Shown piece after piece: positions 24,290 through 38,104 of a stretch of DNA of 64,000 nt (position 1 is its first letter; each line of letters begins with the position of its first letter). The translations under genes were made by a program, and so were the position numbers. The stretch is from Octopus sinensis (lineage: Eukaryota): contig NC_043013.1 in the NCBI RefSeq assembly GCF_006345805.1, positions 50,654,001 to 50,718,000 on the forward strand, in the 5' to 3' direction. The notes beneath the pieces are model-generated. The model did not search any database, was not told where the DNA came from, and worked only from the letters and a program-made list of their open reading frames with translations.

Positions 24290-25616
24290 ATCAGTGTGTG
24301 TATGTGTGTGTGTGTGTGTGTGTGTGACTTTGTGTTTGTGTGCGTGTGTCAGTGTGTTTGTTGTGTGTGTGTATCAGTGTATTTGTTGTGTGAATATGAG
24401 TGTGTGAGCGTGATTGTTGTGCGAATGCATGTGTGTGTATGTGTGTATATATATGTGTGTGTTTATATATACATATGCTTGTGTGTGTATATATTTATAT
24501 ATATGCGTGTGTGTGTGTGTATATATGTGTGTGTATGTGTGTGTATATATATATATATATGCATGTGTCTGTATATATGTGTATGTGTGTGTGTATGTGT
24601 GTATATATATGTGTGTGTGTGTGTTTATATATACATATGCTTGTGTGTGTATATATTTATATATATGCGTGTGTGTGTGTGTATATATGTGTGTGTATGT
24701 GTGTGTGTATATATATATATATATATGCATGTGTCTCTATATATGTGTATGTGTGTGTGTATGTGTGTATATATACGTGTGTGTGTGTTTATATATACAT
24801 ATGCTTGTGTGTGTATATATTTATATATATGCGTGTGTGTGTGTGTATATATGTGTGTGTATGTGTGTGTATATATATATATATATGCATGTGTCTGTAT
24901 ATATGTGTATGTGTGTGTGTATGTGTGTATATATATGTGTGTGTGTGTTTATATATACATATGCTTGTGTGTGTATATATTTATATATATGCGTGTGTGT
25001 GCATGTGTGTGTATATATATTTATACATATGCATGTATGTATGTGTGTGTGTGTATGTGTGTGTTTCCGTGAATGAATGAGTTTGTAAATATGTATGTGT
25101 GTGAATGTGAGTGTTGAGTGTATGAACATGATTGTGTGAAGGCGTGTGTGTGTGTGTATGTCTATATATATATATGTGTGTGTGTGTGTGTAGATATATA
25201 TATATATAAGCGTATGTATGTGTGTGTATGAATGCAGGTGTATGTGCATGTATAAGTGTATGTATGTATAGGTGCATGTGAATATGTTTGAGAGTGAATG
25301 TGGGTGTGTATGAATACGTATGTGTGAATGTGTCTGTGAGCGTATGCACGCATGCGCATGTTCGTTGTGCATGCATGAGTGTATGTATGGGTAGGCGAGT
25401 GCATGTGTGCAGGTGCTTTTCTAAGTGCATTTGCGAAGGCATGACTATGTTCATACGTGCAAGTGTACGTGTGCGAGTGTGTGGATATATGTCTGTGTGT
25501 GTGTGTGTGTGTGTGCATGGATGTATGTATGTGTGCGTGTGCATAAGGAGGGCATTTGAAAAAAAAAGTGTATTCTTTGAATAAGAAATTATGTCGAACA
25601 ATAGGCTGGTGTATGT

Positions 25617-25661
<45 letters not shown>

Positions 25662-26150
25662 AACTCTGTATCATACATGTACATACATACATTTATAATT
25701 AGATATGTTTTTAAGTGTATGTTCTTGGCATACACAAAAGCTGAACCATGTTTATGACTGTATACATGTGTATACATACATATCTATACATGTTTGTATA
25801 TATATTTGTATGCATGTATGAATGTATGTATGTATGCATGTATATTTGCATATGTGTATATTTGTATGTCTGTAAATTTGTATGTATGTATGTGTATGTA
25901 TGTATATGTGTATGTAGTATGTATGTGTGTATGTATGCATATTTGTATGCATATGTGTTTGTGTGTGTATATGTATGTTTGTGTGCATGTGTGTATGTAT
26001 GTATATTTTTATGTGTATGCGTTTACGTGTGTGTATGTATGTTTGTGTGTATGTAATATGTATATGTGTATGTATATTTCTATGTGTATATATTTCTAAG
26101 TATGTGTGTTTGTGTGTGTATGTGTCCATGTATGTATGTATGTGTGTACA
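24290..26150. repeat. Long TG/TA mosaic containing a ~162-bp higher-order repeat
   Basis: GTTTATATATACATATGCTT recurs at 24461, 24623, 24787 and 24947. Confidence 0.9.
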
Positions 26151-26589
26151 GATTATGCCTCTACATTTATGCTTAAACAGTCATACACACACATGATCAT
26201 ACAGTCATACACACACACAAATACAGACATACATACATGCATATGCAGTCAAACATGCAATGTCATACATACAAACATACATGCATACACAGTTGTACAC
26301 ACACATTCATTTTTGTGTATATTTTTATATAAACAATCTGTTATGTTACTTTTTTTTACACATTATATTTTATCAATTTTCTACAAGAAATTTATTTCCA
26401 TAGATTTTTGTATATTTTTTCTTTCGTTGAATTTATCTATATTTGTTTTTTTTTGTTCATTATAACATTTGTCTAATTATTAATTTCAATAAGTTCTCAT
26501 CTTCAAATATTGGCCTAAGTTACATACGTGCATGTATATCTATACCATTTATCATTAGGTGCCTTACCCATTTGCTGGGCACACACACA

Positions 26590-27418
26590 TCATCATCATT
26601 TTGTTTAACGTCAGCTTTCCATGCTAGCATGGGTTGGACGATTTGACTGAGGACTGGCGAACCAGATGGCTGCACCAGGCTCCAATCTGATCTGGCAGAG
26701 TTTCTACAGCTGGATGCCCTTCCTAACGCCAACCACTCTGAGAGTGTAGTGGGTGCTTTTACGAGGGCCGGTCTGGCAGTACTGGCAACAGCCATGCTCA
26801 AGTGGTGTTATTTTACATGCCACCTGCACAGGAGCCAGTCCAGAGGCACTGGCATCGACCTCGGTCGAATGTTTTTCACATGCCACCAGCACAAGTGCCA
26901 ATAAGGTGATGCTGGTAATGATTACATTTGAATGGTACTTTTTACGTGCCACTGGCATGGAAGCCAGTCAGCTGCTCTGGCAGTGATCACGTACGGATGG
27001 TGCTCTTAGCACTCCACTGGCACGGGTGCCAGTCATCAAATTTGAAAATTTTATTTGATTTCGATTTCACTTGCCTCAACAGGTCTTCACAAGCAGAGTT
27101 TAGTGTCCAGTCAAGGAAAGGTATGCATATGTGGGCTGGTTACACCTCTGGCATAGGCCACAAGGTTATGGTCTCACTTGGCATGCCACGTCTTCTCACG
27201 CACTGCATATCTCCAAAGGTCTTGGTCACTAGTCATTGCCTAATGTTCGAAGGTTGTGCTTCACCCCTTCATCTCAGGTCTTCCTGGGTCTACCTCTTCC
27301 ACAGGTTCCCTCAACCGCTAGGCTGTGGCACTTTTTCATACAGCTATCCTCATCCGTTCTCACCACATGACCATACCAGTGCAGACGTCTCTCTTGCACA
27401 CCACGTCTAATGCTTCTT
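26590..27418 (-). mobile_element. 5'-truncated, internally deleted RTE LINE
   Basis: 27130-27418 matches the ORF C-terminus. 26590-27120 is the 3' UTR and tail. Confidence 0.85.
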
Positions 27419-27461
27419 AGCATCAGAAGTGGTGTGATGCTAAGTATTAGATGTTCTATAT

Positions 27462-27770
27462 TCTTTTACTTGTTTCAGTCATTTTGACGGCAGGTCATGC
27501 TGGAGTATCGCCTTTAATTGAACAAATCGACCCCAGGGCTTATTCTTATACACACACTTATATATATATATACACACACACTTATATTTATATATATACA
27601 TATATACGACAGGCTTCTTTCAGTTTCCGTCTACCAAATCCACTCACAAGGCATTGGTCGGCCCGGGGCTATAGCAGAAGACACTTGCCCAAGATGCCAC
27701 GCAGTGGGACTGAACCCGGAACCATGTGGCTGGTTAGCAAGCTACTTACCACACAGCCACTCCTGCGCCT
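27462..27770 (-). mobile_element. SINE family A with internal deletion
   Basis: Head and tail match family A. Confidence 0.8.
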
Positions 27771-27879
27771 ATATATATATATATATATAATAACTGTAAT
27801 TAAATATTTTTTTATTAATAATAATAATATAGGCTCGCTCCAATTAAAGCGAGTAATCTAAACATTACTGAAAAAGTAA

Positions 27880-28037
27880 AATACATTGACCCCAGTTTTC
27901 AGCTGCTACTTGCTTTGTCAACCCCAAAAAGATGAAAGGCAAAGTTGACCTTGGTTGAACTAAAACATTGGAAGAAATACATGAGAATTTTATCTGATGC
28001 CCTTGATGTTTCTACCAGCTTAATAATAATAATAATA

Positions 28038-28074
<37 letters not shown>

Positions 28075-28084
28075 TAATAATAAT

Positions 28085-28115
<31 letters not shown>

Positions 28116-28370
28116 TTAATAATAACAATAATTATAATAATGATAATAATCCTTTCTGCTAAAGGCACAAGGCCTGTAATTTTGGGTTAGGGGACTAGTT
28201 GATTACTTTGACCCCAGTACTTGACTGATACTTAATTTATCGACTCCGAAAGGATAAAAGGCTAAGTTGACCTTGGCGGAATTTGAACTCAGGTTCTAAA
28301 GGATTGGAAGAAATGCGTGTTAGAATTTTGTCTGACACCCTTGGTGATTCTGCCAACTTGCTGCCTTAAT
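27880..28370 (-). mobile_element. Two family B SINEs separated by (TAA)n
   Basis: Copies at ~27880-28020 and ~28150-28370. Confidence 0.7.
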
Positions 28371-29559
28371 AATAATAATGATAATGATGATGATAATACT
28401 AATGATAATAATAGATTTTGTTTAATTTTTTTGCTTTAGTTTACTTTGATTTTTTTATATGCACCTTATTTTCAGAATTTATATTTTGATAACAATAATA
28501 ACAATAAAGATTATAAATACTGATAATGATAATTGTATTAGCAGTAATAATAAAATCAACGATCATAGTAATAATAATGATATGGTGGTGATAAAATTAA
28601 TGATTATAATAATAATAATAATAATAATAATTACGATAAGGATGATAGTAATAATGGTGATGATAATAATAATAAAAATAATAATAATAATGATAATAAT
28701 GATGGTGATAAGGATGAAGATAATCATGATGATGACAAGTTAGCCTTAAAGATAAAATTCTGAGAAAACAGCAAGAACGAAAGAAATGTGTCCATAAAAA
28801 AAGTGTTTAAATTTGCACTAGATGTGCACTTAGGTTAGTTTCAGACTCTTCTGCTTCTCACAGACCCCGCCCCCCGCTCCAATGTTTTTTTTTTATGTGT
28901 TTTAATTGGTGCTGTTTGATGCCATTGTATGTTTTCCTGTACCTTTTCAACTTCAATCATAAATAAATCATCCTCTTGAAAACATGCCAAAAGTCCCTTA
29001 ACGAAACTATTTGTTTATTTGTGTTATCACGATCATAAGTAAAACACCTTATTAAAGAGATTTCGACTAGTTTTATTTATTTCTTGGCACTGGAATCGGT
29101 ACAAGAGGATTCAGTAAATACCAAAGTGTTTAGACCAAATTCTAACACTTCCTTTTTTTTTTTTTTTTTGCTTTAAAACTCTTTTTTGATAAATTTTTAA
29201 TATTTTATGATTTAAAAATTAAGAAATATTTGTTGTTGTTTATTTTATATTTGTATGGATTGGATAAATCCAGATATTTCCAGCTACTTTGTAAATATGT
29301 TTTCTCCAAATCTTAACTCTCTACTCTTTTACTCTTTTACTTGTTTCAGTCATTTGACTGTGGCCATGCTGGAGCACCGCCTAACTGATTTTTTTTATTT
29401 TTATTTTTTTCAATCTTTAAAAATCAATTTTAATATTTTATTATTTTAAAATTAATTTTTGCATTTTATTAATTTTATTATTTTTAAATTGGGAGAAATC
29501 AATGAGCTGGCAGAATCGTTAGCATGCAGCACAATAATTAACCCGTTTTTACATTCATC

Positions 29560-29725
29560 ATCATCATCATCCTCATCTTTGTTGTTGAACGCCTGCTTTC
29601 CCTGCTGGCATGGGTTGGACGGTTTGACAGAGGGCTGGCAAGCCAGAAGGCTGCACCAGGCACCGATCTGATCTGGCAAAGTTTCTACAGCTGGATGCCC
29701 TTCCTGATGCCAACCACTCCGAGAG
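29560..29725 (-). mobile_element. RTE tail fragment
   Basis: Tail motif in reverse orientation. Confidence 0.8.
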
Positions 29726-29781
29726 ATGAATGAATAATAATAGATGAGTTGTACACTCATCCATTATTATTCATTCACACT

Positions 29782-29868
<87 letters not shown>

Positions 29869-29940
29869 GCATCCTTTTTGTCTCGGAGACAATGGAGTTG
29901 TGCATAAGGTAGTCTAGTCCGGCTTTTACATTTCATGTCC

Positions 29941-30101
29941 GTAGGAGTGGCTGTGTGGTAAGTAGCTTGCTAACCAACCACATGGTTCCGGGTTCAGCCC
30001 ACTGCGTGGCATCTTGGGCAAGTGTCTTCTGCTATAGCCCCAGGCCGACCAATGCCTTGTGAGTGGATTTGGTAGACGGAAACTGAAAGAAGCCTGTCGT
30101 A

Positions 30102-30140
<39 letters not shown>

Positions 30141-30368
30141 TGTATGTGTGTGTGTTTGTGTGTCTGTGTTTGTCCCCCTAGCATTGCTTGACAACCGATG
30201 CTGGTGTGTTTATGTCCCCGTCACTTAGAGGTTCGGCAAAAGGGACCGATAGAATAAGTACTGGGCTTACAAAAGAATAAGTCCCGGGTCGAGTTGCTTG
30301 ATTAAAGGCGGTGCTCCAGCATGGCCGCAGTCAAATGACTGAAACATGTAAAAGAGTAAAGAGTAAGA
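29941..30368 (+). mobile_element. SINE family A (young)
   Basis: Close match to 571-985. Confidence 0.88.
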
Positions 30369-30764
30369 GTATATATATATATATATATTATATATATATA
30401 TATATATATATCTGTTTACGTATTTATTGGCTAATCTCATTCCTTTACTTGTACCACTTAAACACATGTTTGTTATCATTTAATAAATAGATGTAATGGA
30501 ATGTTTACTGGCTGACATTTGTCAATTTTATATCCTCTCCATTTTCTTATTTGCCTTATAAATCCTGGGTAGATTTCCAATTTACCCCCATCCATACATA
30601 ATATTCAATTGCAATATTGCCATGCAATTGTAAGCACTTGCTTAAAGATACGTAGGTACACACCCAGTAGTATATTGGATATTTGATATCCCTTAGATGG
30701 TTTCTTAACCTCTAACTCATACAGACATTTATATATATATATATTTCTTTTATCTTTTTCTTTT

Positions 30765-31152
30765 TTCTTTTACTTGTTTCAGTCATTTGACTGTGGCCAT
30801 GCTGGAGCACCGCCTTTAGTCGAGCAAATCGACCCAGGGACTTATTCTTTGTAAGCCCAGTACTTATTCTATCGGTCTCTTTTGCCGAACCGCTAAGTGA
30901 CGGGGACGTAAACACACCAGCATCGGATGTCAAGCAATGCTAGGGGGACAAACACAGACACACAAACACATACACACACACATACATACATATACATATA
31001 TATACGACAGGCTTCTTTCAGTTTCCGTCTACCAAATCCACTCACAAGGCTTTGGTCGGCCCGGGGCTATAGCAGAAGACACTTGCCCAAGATGCCACGC
31101 AGTGGGACTGAACCCGGAACCATGTGGTTGGTTAGCAAGCTACTTACCACAC
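30765..31152 (-). mobile_element. SINE family A (young)
   Basis: Reverse-complement match to family A. Confidence 0.88.
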
Positions 31153-31288
31153 ATCCATACATATATATATGTACACATATGTACATATATATATATATTT
31201 GCATATACATTGCATACATGTAAATTTATACACACACGTATGTATCTGTATATGTGCACATATATAAACATTTAAATATATATACATA

Positions 31289-31347
<59 letters not shown>

Positions 31348-31448
31348 TTGTGTGTCTGTGTTTGTCCCCCTAGCATTGCTTGACAACCGATGCGTATGTA
31401 TATATAAAGAAATGTTATATATCTATATATGTTTATAGAAATATAATG

Positions 31449-31479
<31 letters not shown>

Positions 31480-31604
31480 TGTGTGTGTGTTGTGTGTATG
31501 TATGTATATATGTGCGTATGTATGTATATATGTGCGTGTATGTTTATATATATGTATATAAAAAATATACATGTATACACACACACATATATACATACAT
31601 ACAT

Positions 31605-31656
<52 letters not shown>

Positions 31657-32074
31657 CATACGTACATACATATATATATATGCATACATACATATATATG
31701 CATGCATACATACATACATACATACATTTATTTATTTATATATCCGTTTAAGCATTGCAACTGAAAGCTCAGCTGTTTTCACAATTTCTCTATTGCATTA
31801 AGTATGTCTCTTGGTGGACAGGAAGCGATCATGTGCTCAGTTGAACTCAAGCTATCTCATGCATGTACATTCATTAACGTTTTTACACTCTCCAAACACA
31901 AACAACTTATTATGTGCATCGCTGTTGGTGTCATGAAATACGAAAGACAAAAGAATTGCGGAAGTGAATTTCTATGTCTGTTTGTACGTTTGGTTTGTGG
32001 ATTATTATAGACGAGAATGCATCTTCTTGGTGTTGCTGCTGTTTGAATTCGGTTTGTAATTCTGTATGTATTTA

Positions 32075-32210
32075 AGGTATTGGCATGGCTGTGTGGTTAA
32101 CAAGTTTGCTACTCAACCACATGGTTTAGGGTTCAGTCCCATTGCATGGCACCCACCCCAATCAAGGCTTTGTGAGTGGATTTGACAGAAACTGAAAACT
32201 CTTCTGTATG
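32075..32210 (+). mobile_element. SINE family A, 5' half
   Basis: Head followed by microsatellite only. Confidence 0.65.
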
Positions 32211-32242
32211 TATGTGTGTGTGTGTGTGTGTGTGTTTATGTG

Positions 32243-32279
<37 letters not shown>

Positions 32280-32506
32280 ATATTTATATATATGTGTGTG
32301 TGTATATATGTGTGTGTGTGTGTGTGTGTATATGTATAACTTTTTAAGTTCAATACAGAGGAAATAATTCATGAGAAAAAAATAATTCATTAAAAAATAA
32401 TTTGCAAAGATACCACTGACTCTGTTATTATCTAGTGTAACAATTTAAAAATGATAATAACAGAATCAATAATATAAGCGATTGCAGACCCCAAAAGAGA
32501 CATTAA

Positions 32507-32673
32507 ATAGCTGAAGGATTAAAATTAATCAAAGTACATACTAAGTATATCTACTTGCTGGAAATAACAGTCAAAACTCTTATTTTGGTGATTCAAATAA
32601 AAGTTTTGACTGTTATTTCCAGCAGGTAGACATACTTAGTATATCCTTTGATTAATTCTAATCCTTCAGCTAT
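32507..32673. repeat. Fold-back palindrome, ~76-nt arms
   Basis: ATAGCTGAAGGATT...CAAAACTCTTA / TAAAAGTTTTGAC...AATCCTTCAGCTAT. Confidence 0.85.
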
Positions 32674-32724
32674 CACTTTTTAAGGTTTTCTCTACAGATT
32701 TCCACTGTAGGACACAGTATTGGC

Positions 32725-34220
32725 TTCAACCACAGCCTCCAGATGACTTTTGAATTTCCTGCAACTCTTTCATTTAACCCTTTCGTTACCAAACTACCCA
32801 AAGCCGCCCAAAAAACATTTTGGTTAATGTGACCAAACCGCCCAAACCTGCCCGAATTTACCTATTCATATTTAAATGAGAATATCAGAGCAAATCTCTT
32901 TAGTACATTCGTGAAAACTCGTATTATACTTCGTAAACAGTTCAACTACAGTTTTGTACAATAATCGAAGTGTAATTTTAATTCCGTGAATTTTGGGAGA
33001 TTTTTTTCCGAAATTTGTTCCTATTGTGTTTTCAAAATTTGTAATTCTGACAAAAAATGGATACGAATTTCATTATATCAAGCAGCGAGTCAGAATTCGA
33101 AGGATTTTCTACTGAAGACCTTCATAAATCTAACTCTATGACTGAAAAAAAAAGCACGAGGTATTTGATAATGAATCTGATGTTTCATTTTCCGAAAGTG
33201 AAAACAGTGAATTCGAGATCTCCGACAGTGATAAAGAAAATGAATTGGCACCTGAATGGAGTGAAAATTTAAAAACTGTTTCTTTCGGTGATTTTTCTGA
33301 AGAAACTGGACCAAGCCACAGACTTTCCCAGGAGAGTAAAGCCTTAGACTATTTCTATTTACTTCGAATGAGCCTATTTGAAATCATTACGGCGGAAACA
33401 AACCGTTACGCTAAACGTAAACAAAGCGAAAGAAAGGATAGTTTGTGGTTTCCCACAACCTTAAATGAAATTTAGACTATTTTGCCATAAATATTATTAT
33501 GGGTATCAGAAAGTTACCCAGAATAACAAATTCTATCGTAAAATTTTCTTGTATACCCAATTGAATATTAGCTAATAACCCATTTTCTATAGCAATGTTT
33601 GAACAAAATTTTAATAATTTTATATTTTGTTGAATTTACCTGTATCTACCTGCAATTAGAGTCACTTTGTGACAAAATTTATAGTATAGAATTGGTTGAG
33701 AATATTTCATTAAATTATCTTCCAAAAATCAGATTAATATATCGATAAATAAAAAAGTTATAGTTGTTTAATGAAACCAGACTAAATTTATGATTACGTT
33801 AGAAATTAATTGAAACACATAAGGGGTGTATTTTGGTCAGAAATATGGTAACGAAAGGGTTAAGTTGGTGAATGATGCCATAATCCTTGCCTTCAGTTCA
33901 TGTTTGGTGTTACAAGGAGTTTTGTTAGTCTCTCACTCAACTGCGCCCCACACATAATAATCAAGGGGATTGCAGTCTGGGGAGTTGTGTGGCAAGATGT
34001 TAAAGGTGGTGTGGTTGCAGAAATTGTCTGACAGCCATGACTGGGTTCTCCTGCTTGTGTGGCTTGGTGCAGAGTCCTGTTGCCAGACACAGGGTCTTCC
34101 AGCAGCCACCTTCTTGACCCAGGGCAGCACTACCTCCTCCAGGCACTTGATGTAGGCCTCTGTGTTGAGTCTGAGGTTATGTGGGAAGATGATTGGAGGT
34201 ATAACATCGCCGTCACTAGG
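32725..34220 (-). mobile_element. Decayed maT (DD37D) transposase remnant, split by piggyBac
   Basis: QQDSAPSH...SPDCNPLDYYVWGAVE with 37 residues between the second and third D. The C-terminus continues on the other side of the piggyBac TTAA. Confidence 0.8.
32778..33859 (+). mobile_element. Internally deleted piggyBac transposon
   Basis: TTAA TSDs (32774-32777, 33860-33863), TIR CCCTTTCGTTACCA, N-terminal transposase remnants (SSSESEFEGF..., LDYFYL..SLFEIITAETNRYA...W.PTTLNEI). Confidence 0.9.
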
Positions 34221-34323
34221 TTTGAAACATCAATGTTGATTCCATTTTTTCTGAGCATCAAACTAATATATCTTATTTATTATTCCCTAGCGCATCTTTT
34301 GGTTTTTTTTGACAATTTTGAAC

Positions 34324-34380
<57 letters not shown>

Positions 34381-34984
34381 CATTGCATATACTTGTAGTA
34401 AGTGTGTGTGTATACACAAACACACACGCACATAACCAGTATATACAGTTGATTCACAATTAGATTAAAATAGTCATCTATGTATCATACTTAATATATA
34501 TACATCATTGATATAATGTAGTATTTGTGTGTTTATTTATACACACATACATACATACATATATACACACATACATGCACTGGGAATGTTGGCACAGAAA
34601 TATTATAAAGCATTGACATCTTTTACCTTCCACACCAGGTGATACAATTAAATGCCATAATATTATTGCATATAATGATGATGATGATGACAATACTGAT
34701 GAATGTCATAATGCTGGCTGTTGTTGATGATGATCATGACTGCTCTCCTCTCAAGCCAGAATATTTTTATTCTTTTTTTGACATAAAAATAAACCCCGCA
34801 GAAAATTACATGATGTCATCCCTTGAGATGAAGGTTGCAAGTCTCAGATATTTCTCCACACACATACAGAATCGTTTATTTTCTTGTGTTCTTTTTTTTT
34901 TTTTTACTTAATATATTTGCGTCATTGGTTATTAGCTCCACTTCAATACTAGAATCATGTGTTCTAATGTATATCAACAAATAT

Positions 34985-34985
34985 T

Positions 34986-35050
<65 letters not shown>

Positions 35051-35105
35051 TTTGTCTCTGATTCTCTCTTTCCACCTCTCTTCTCCTCCCTCCCTCTCTC
35101 TCTCT
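34985..35105. repeat. (CT)n tract
   Basis: Directly visible. Confidence 0.95.
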
Positions 35106-35984
35106 CCATTCAAGCCATACAAGATTTAAATGTTGACATATTGTTTTTTCAATAAGGATTTTAATTATTGCAAGGCTCTTTTCTTCCACAAATTCTCCTT
35201 TCTTTATATACGGAATGTTTGTTTTCATAGAACAAAATTAAGATACATCTGAGGGTCTAACCTGTTTTCCTGGTTTTTTTCTCTCCATTTTTCATTCGTT
35301 TTTGCTATATTTAATAGCATTCCAATTATTGTTTTATCTCTGTGGTTTACTGACCAAAATAGAATTTTGTTTTCAATTATGTGGTCGTCAACTCTCTCTC
35401 TGCCTTCTTTCACTTTCCTCTTATACTTATCAGATGTTTACGTTTTCGAAAATAGCCTCAGATCATGGAAAAACTTCTGAGAGAAATTTCCTCATTCTTA
35501 AATGGAACTTACAATAACATTCATTGTGTCTGAAGAGGTTCCATCTTTACCCTTCTACCTTGTTCCTCTGTGACATGTTGTTTGGTCCTGACCATGATTT
35601 GATCAAACACGCAAAAGAATCTCACAGCAGAATATTTTTTCTACATCTGCTTCAAATACGATGTAAATCTTTGGCAGATATTCTTTGGTAAAAATTAACT
35701 TACTTTTCTCAACAATGCAATCGTTAAAGATTTATTTATCTTAAACATTTCATTTTGTTGCAATTTATAAATTCCTTCTTTAGTTTTCTTTAGAAAACTA
35801 AAAGAGGAATTGGTTGGATGCGAAAACCAACCAATGATATTCCACAATCCTGCTTCGCATAACTCTAAGAATTAGATAGAATTTAACAGGACACTGAAAC
35901 TTGTGAACATGGTGAGAGAAAACAAATTGTAGAAAGAAAAGAAGAACAGGTTTTTGAAAAGCAGTTGAAAATACAGAGATGAGA

Positions 35985-36320
35985 TGATAATTTGGGTTAT
36001 GGCCCCGTGTCGGTGGCACGTAAAAGCACCATCCGTTCGTGTCCGTTGCCAGCATCGCCTGGCCCCGTGCCGGTGACACGTAAAAGCACCATCCGTTTGT
36101 GGCCGTTCGCCAGCTCTGTCTGGCACCTGTGCGGGTGGCACGTAAAAAGCACCCACTACACTCGCGGAGTGATTGGCGTTAGGAAGGGCATCCAGCCGTA
36201 GAAACACTGCCAGATCTGACTGGGCCTGACGAAGCCTTCCAGCTTCACAGACCCCAGTTGACCCGTCCAACCCATGCTAGCATGGAAAACGGACGCTAAA
36301 CGATGATGATGATGATGATT
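35985..36320 (+). mobile_element. RTE 3'-UTR/tail fragment (young)
   Basis: Very similar to 20150-20443. Confidence 0.88.
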
Positions 36321-36372
36321 ATAGAATGTGGGTGAGTGAAGGTTAAACTCTCTGGGTTGCATTATTATTTAA

Positions 36373-36594
36373 CCATTTGGCATTTAAACTGGCCATATTT
36401 GGCCAAAGTCTTCTGCCTCTTTTATGTTCACACTGGTCAGATCTGACATCTCAAACCCATCCTACAATGTCATTCTAAAAAAATAAGCTATCACATAATT
36501 GAAATCTTGAAGCTAAGAGATAATGCATGATTAATTCAAAACAATGTGAATAAAAGAACTTTACACTTGACAGAATAATTTGAATGCTGAAGGG
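36373..36594. mobile_element. piggyBac-type MITE
   Basis: TTAA on both sides, imperfect TIRs CCATTTGGCATT / AATGCTGAAGGG. Confidence 0.65.
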
Positions 36595-36936
36595 TTAATC
36601 AGATTTCTAACATTCTAACCTCTGACCTGGATGTGTTCAAAGTAACTTTAAAATATTTACATTAGAGTTCATTAGATTTATAGTTTTATTTTCCTGTGAT
36701 TTGAGTAGAGCCAGTTTTTAAGTTGGAGAGACAAAATGACCTGAAACAGTAATCAATATATCAACAGGCAAGGCATAAAAGAAACATGTCAATAATAATG
36801 GGAAAAGAAACGTCAATATGATACCGTTTTACTGGTTCCAGCCAGTGGTCTGTCACCATGCTAGGTCACTAGAATTGTTTATAATCATGAAGTCCTTTCA
36901 TGATATGAAGTCATTGAACAGAAAATCTCGGGAAGA

Positions 36937-37175
36937 TTCTTCTTCTTCTTCTTCTTCTTCCTCCTCTTCTTCCTCCCCTTCTTCCTTCACTTCTTTCTCC
37001 TCTTCTTCTTCTCCTTCTTCTTCTTCTTCTTCTTCTTCGTCTTCTTCCTCTTCTTCTTCTTCTTCCTCCTCCTCCTCCTCCTCTTCTTCTTCTTCTTCTT
37101 CTTCTTCTTCTTCCTCCTCTTCGTCTTCTTCCTCTTCGTCTTCTTCCTCCTCCTCTTCTTTTTCTTCGTCTTCTC

Positions 37176-37213
<38 letters not shown>

Positions 37214-37325
37214 TCTTCTTCTTCTCCTTCTTCTTCCTCCTCCTCCTCCTCTTCTTCTTCTTCCTCTTCTTCCTCCTCTTCCTCTTCTTCCTCCTCTTCC
37301 TCCTCTTCCTCCTCCTCTTCTTCTT
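36937..37325. repeat. ~390-bp (TCT/TCC)n homopyrimidine tract
   Basis: Directly visible. Confidence 0.97.
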
Positions 37326-37336
37326 GCAATTATTAA

Positions 37337-37405
37337 CCCTTGTAGCCTTGTTGAGTCTGGCAGAAGCATAAACAACCTTTTACTACAAACTTCATCCATC
37401 AAGGG
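37337..37405. mobile_element. 69-bp minimal piggyBac-like remnant
   Basis: TTAA-CCCTTG...CAAGGG-TTAA. Confidence 0.45.
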
Positions 37406-37696
37406 TTAAAGAACTGTCTACAGCAGTATTAATTCTAAGACTTTGTGGAAAGATATGAGGTGACATGACGCGACCCTTGTTACACGCAACCCCTAAATCC
37501 ATTACATTTGCTAGAAACAGTGAGCGTCATTCTGAGATCTGAAAGATCTGTACATAACCATCTGTCATTTCTTATGTTAGACTTTTTGTTTTGGTTAAAG
37601 TTTTTCTCATTAGAGAAGGGCCAAAGAATGCCATGTTCTTGAAGGATTTTAACCTTGTTAAGTAACCATTTGGCATGCTTGGTATGGATCAAATAT

Positions 37697-38100
37697 TGGC
37701 TTTGCATTGCTCAGTGGTTAAAGCACCAGGATCACAATCATGAACCAGTGGGTTCAGTTCCTGGATCAGACTGTAGATTGTGTTCTTAAGCAAGACACTT
37801 TATTTCACGTTGCTCCAGTTCACTCAGCTGTATTCATTAATCAATTGAAATATTCCTGTCAAAGGCTTCCGGTTCCATCTTAACCTTGCATATAAAAGTT
37901 GTGATGTAACTGGTGCCAAGCTGTATCAGCCTTTGTCTTACCCTTGGATAACATCAGTGGCACGGAGAGGGGATGTTGGTATGCATGGGTCATTGCTTGT
38001 CTTCCACAAACAACCTTGCCCGGACTTGTGCCTCTGAGGGAAACTTTCTAGGTGCAATCCCATGGTCATTCATGACCGAAGGGGGGAGGGTCTTTACTAC
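37697..38100 (+). mobile_element. tRNA/CORE-like SINE with a 65-bp templated insertion
   Basis: Head, TGTGTTCTTAAGCAAGACACTT core, insert at 37834-37898. Confidence 0.7.
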
Positions 38101-38104
38101 CTTT

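Noticed and set aside
36818-37402. Poly-S, poly-E and poly-R/G ORFs
   Set aside because: These are frames of the (TCT/TCC)n tract. There are no splice signals or conserved flanks.
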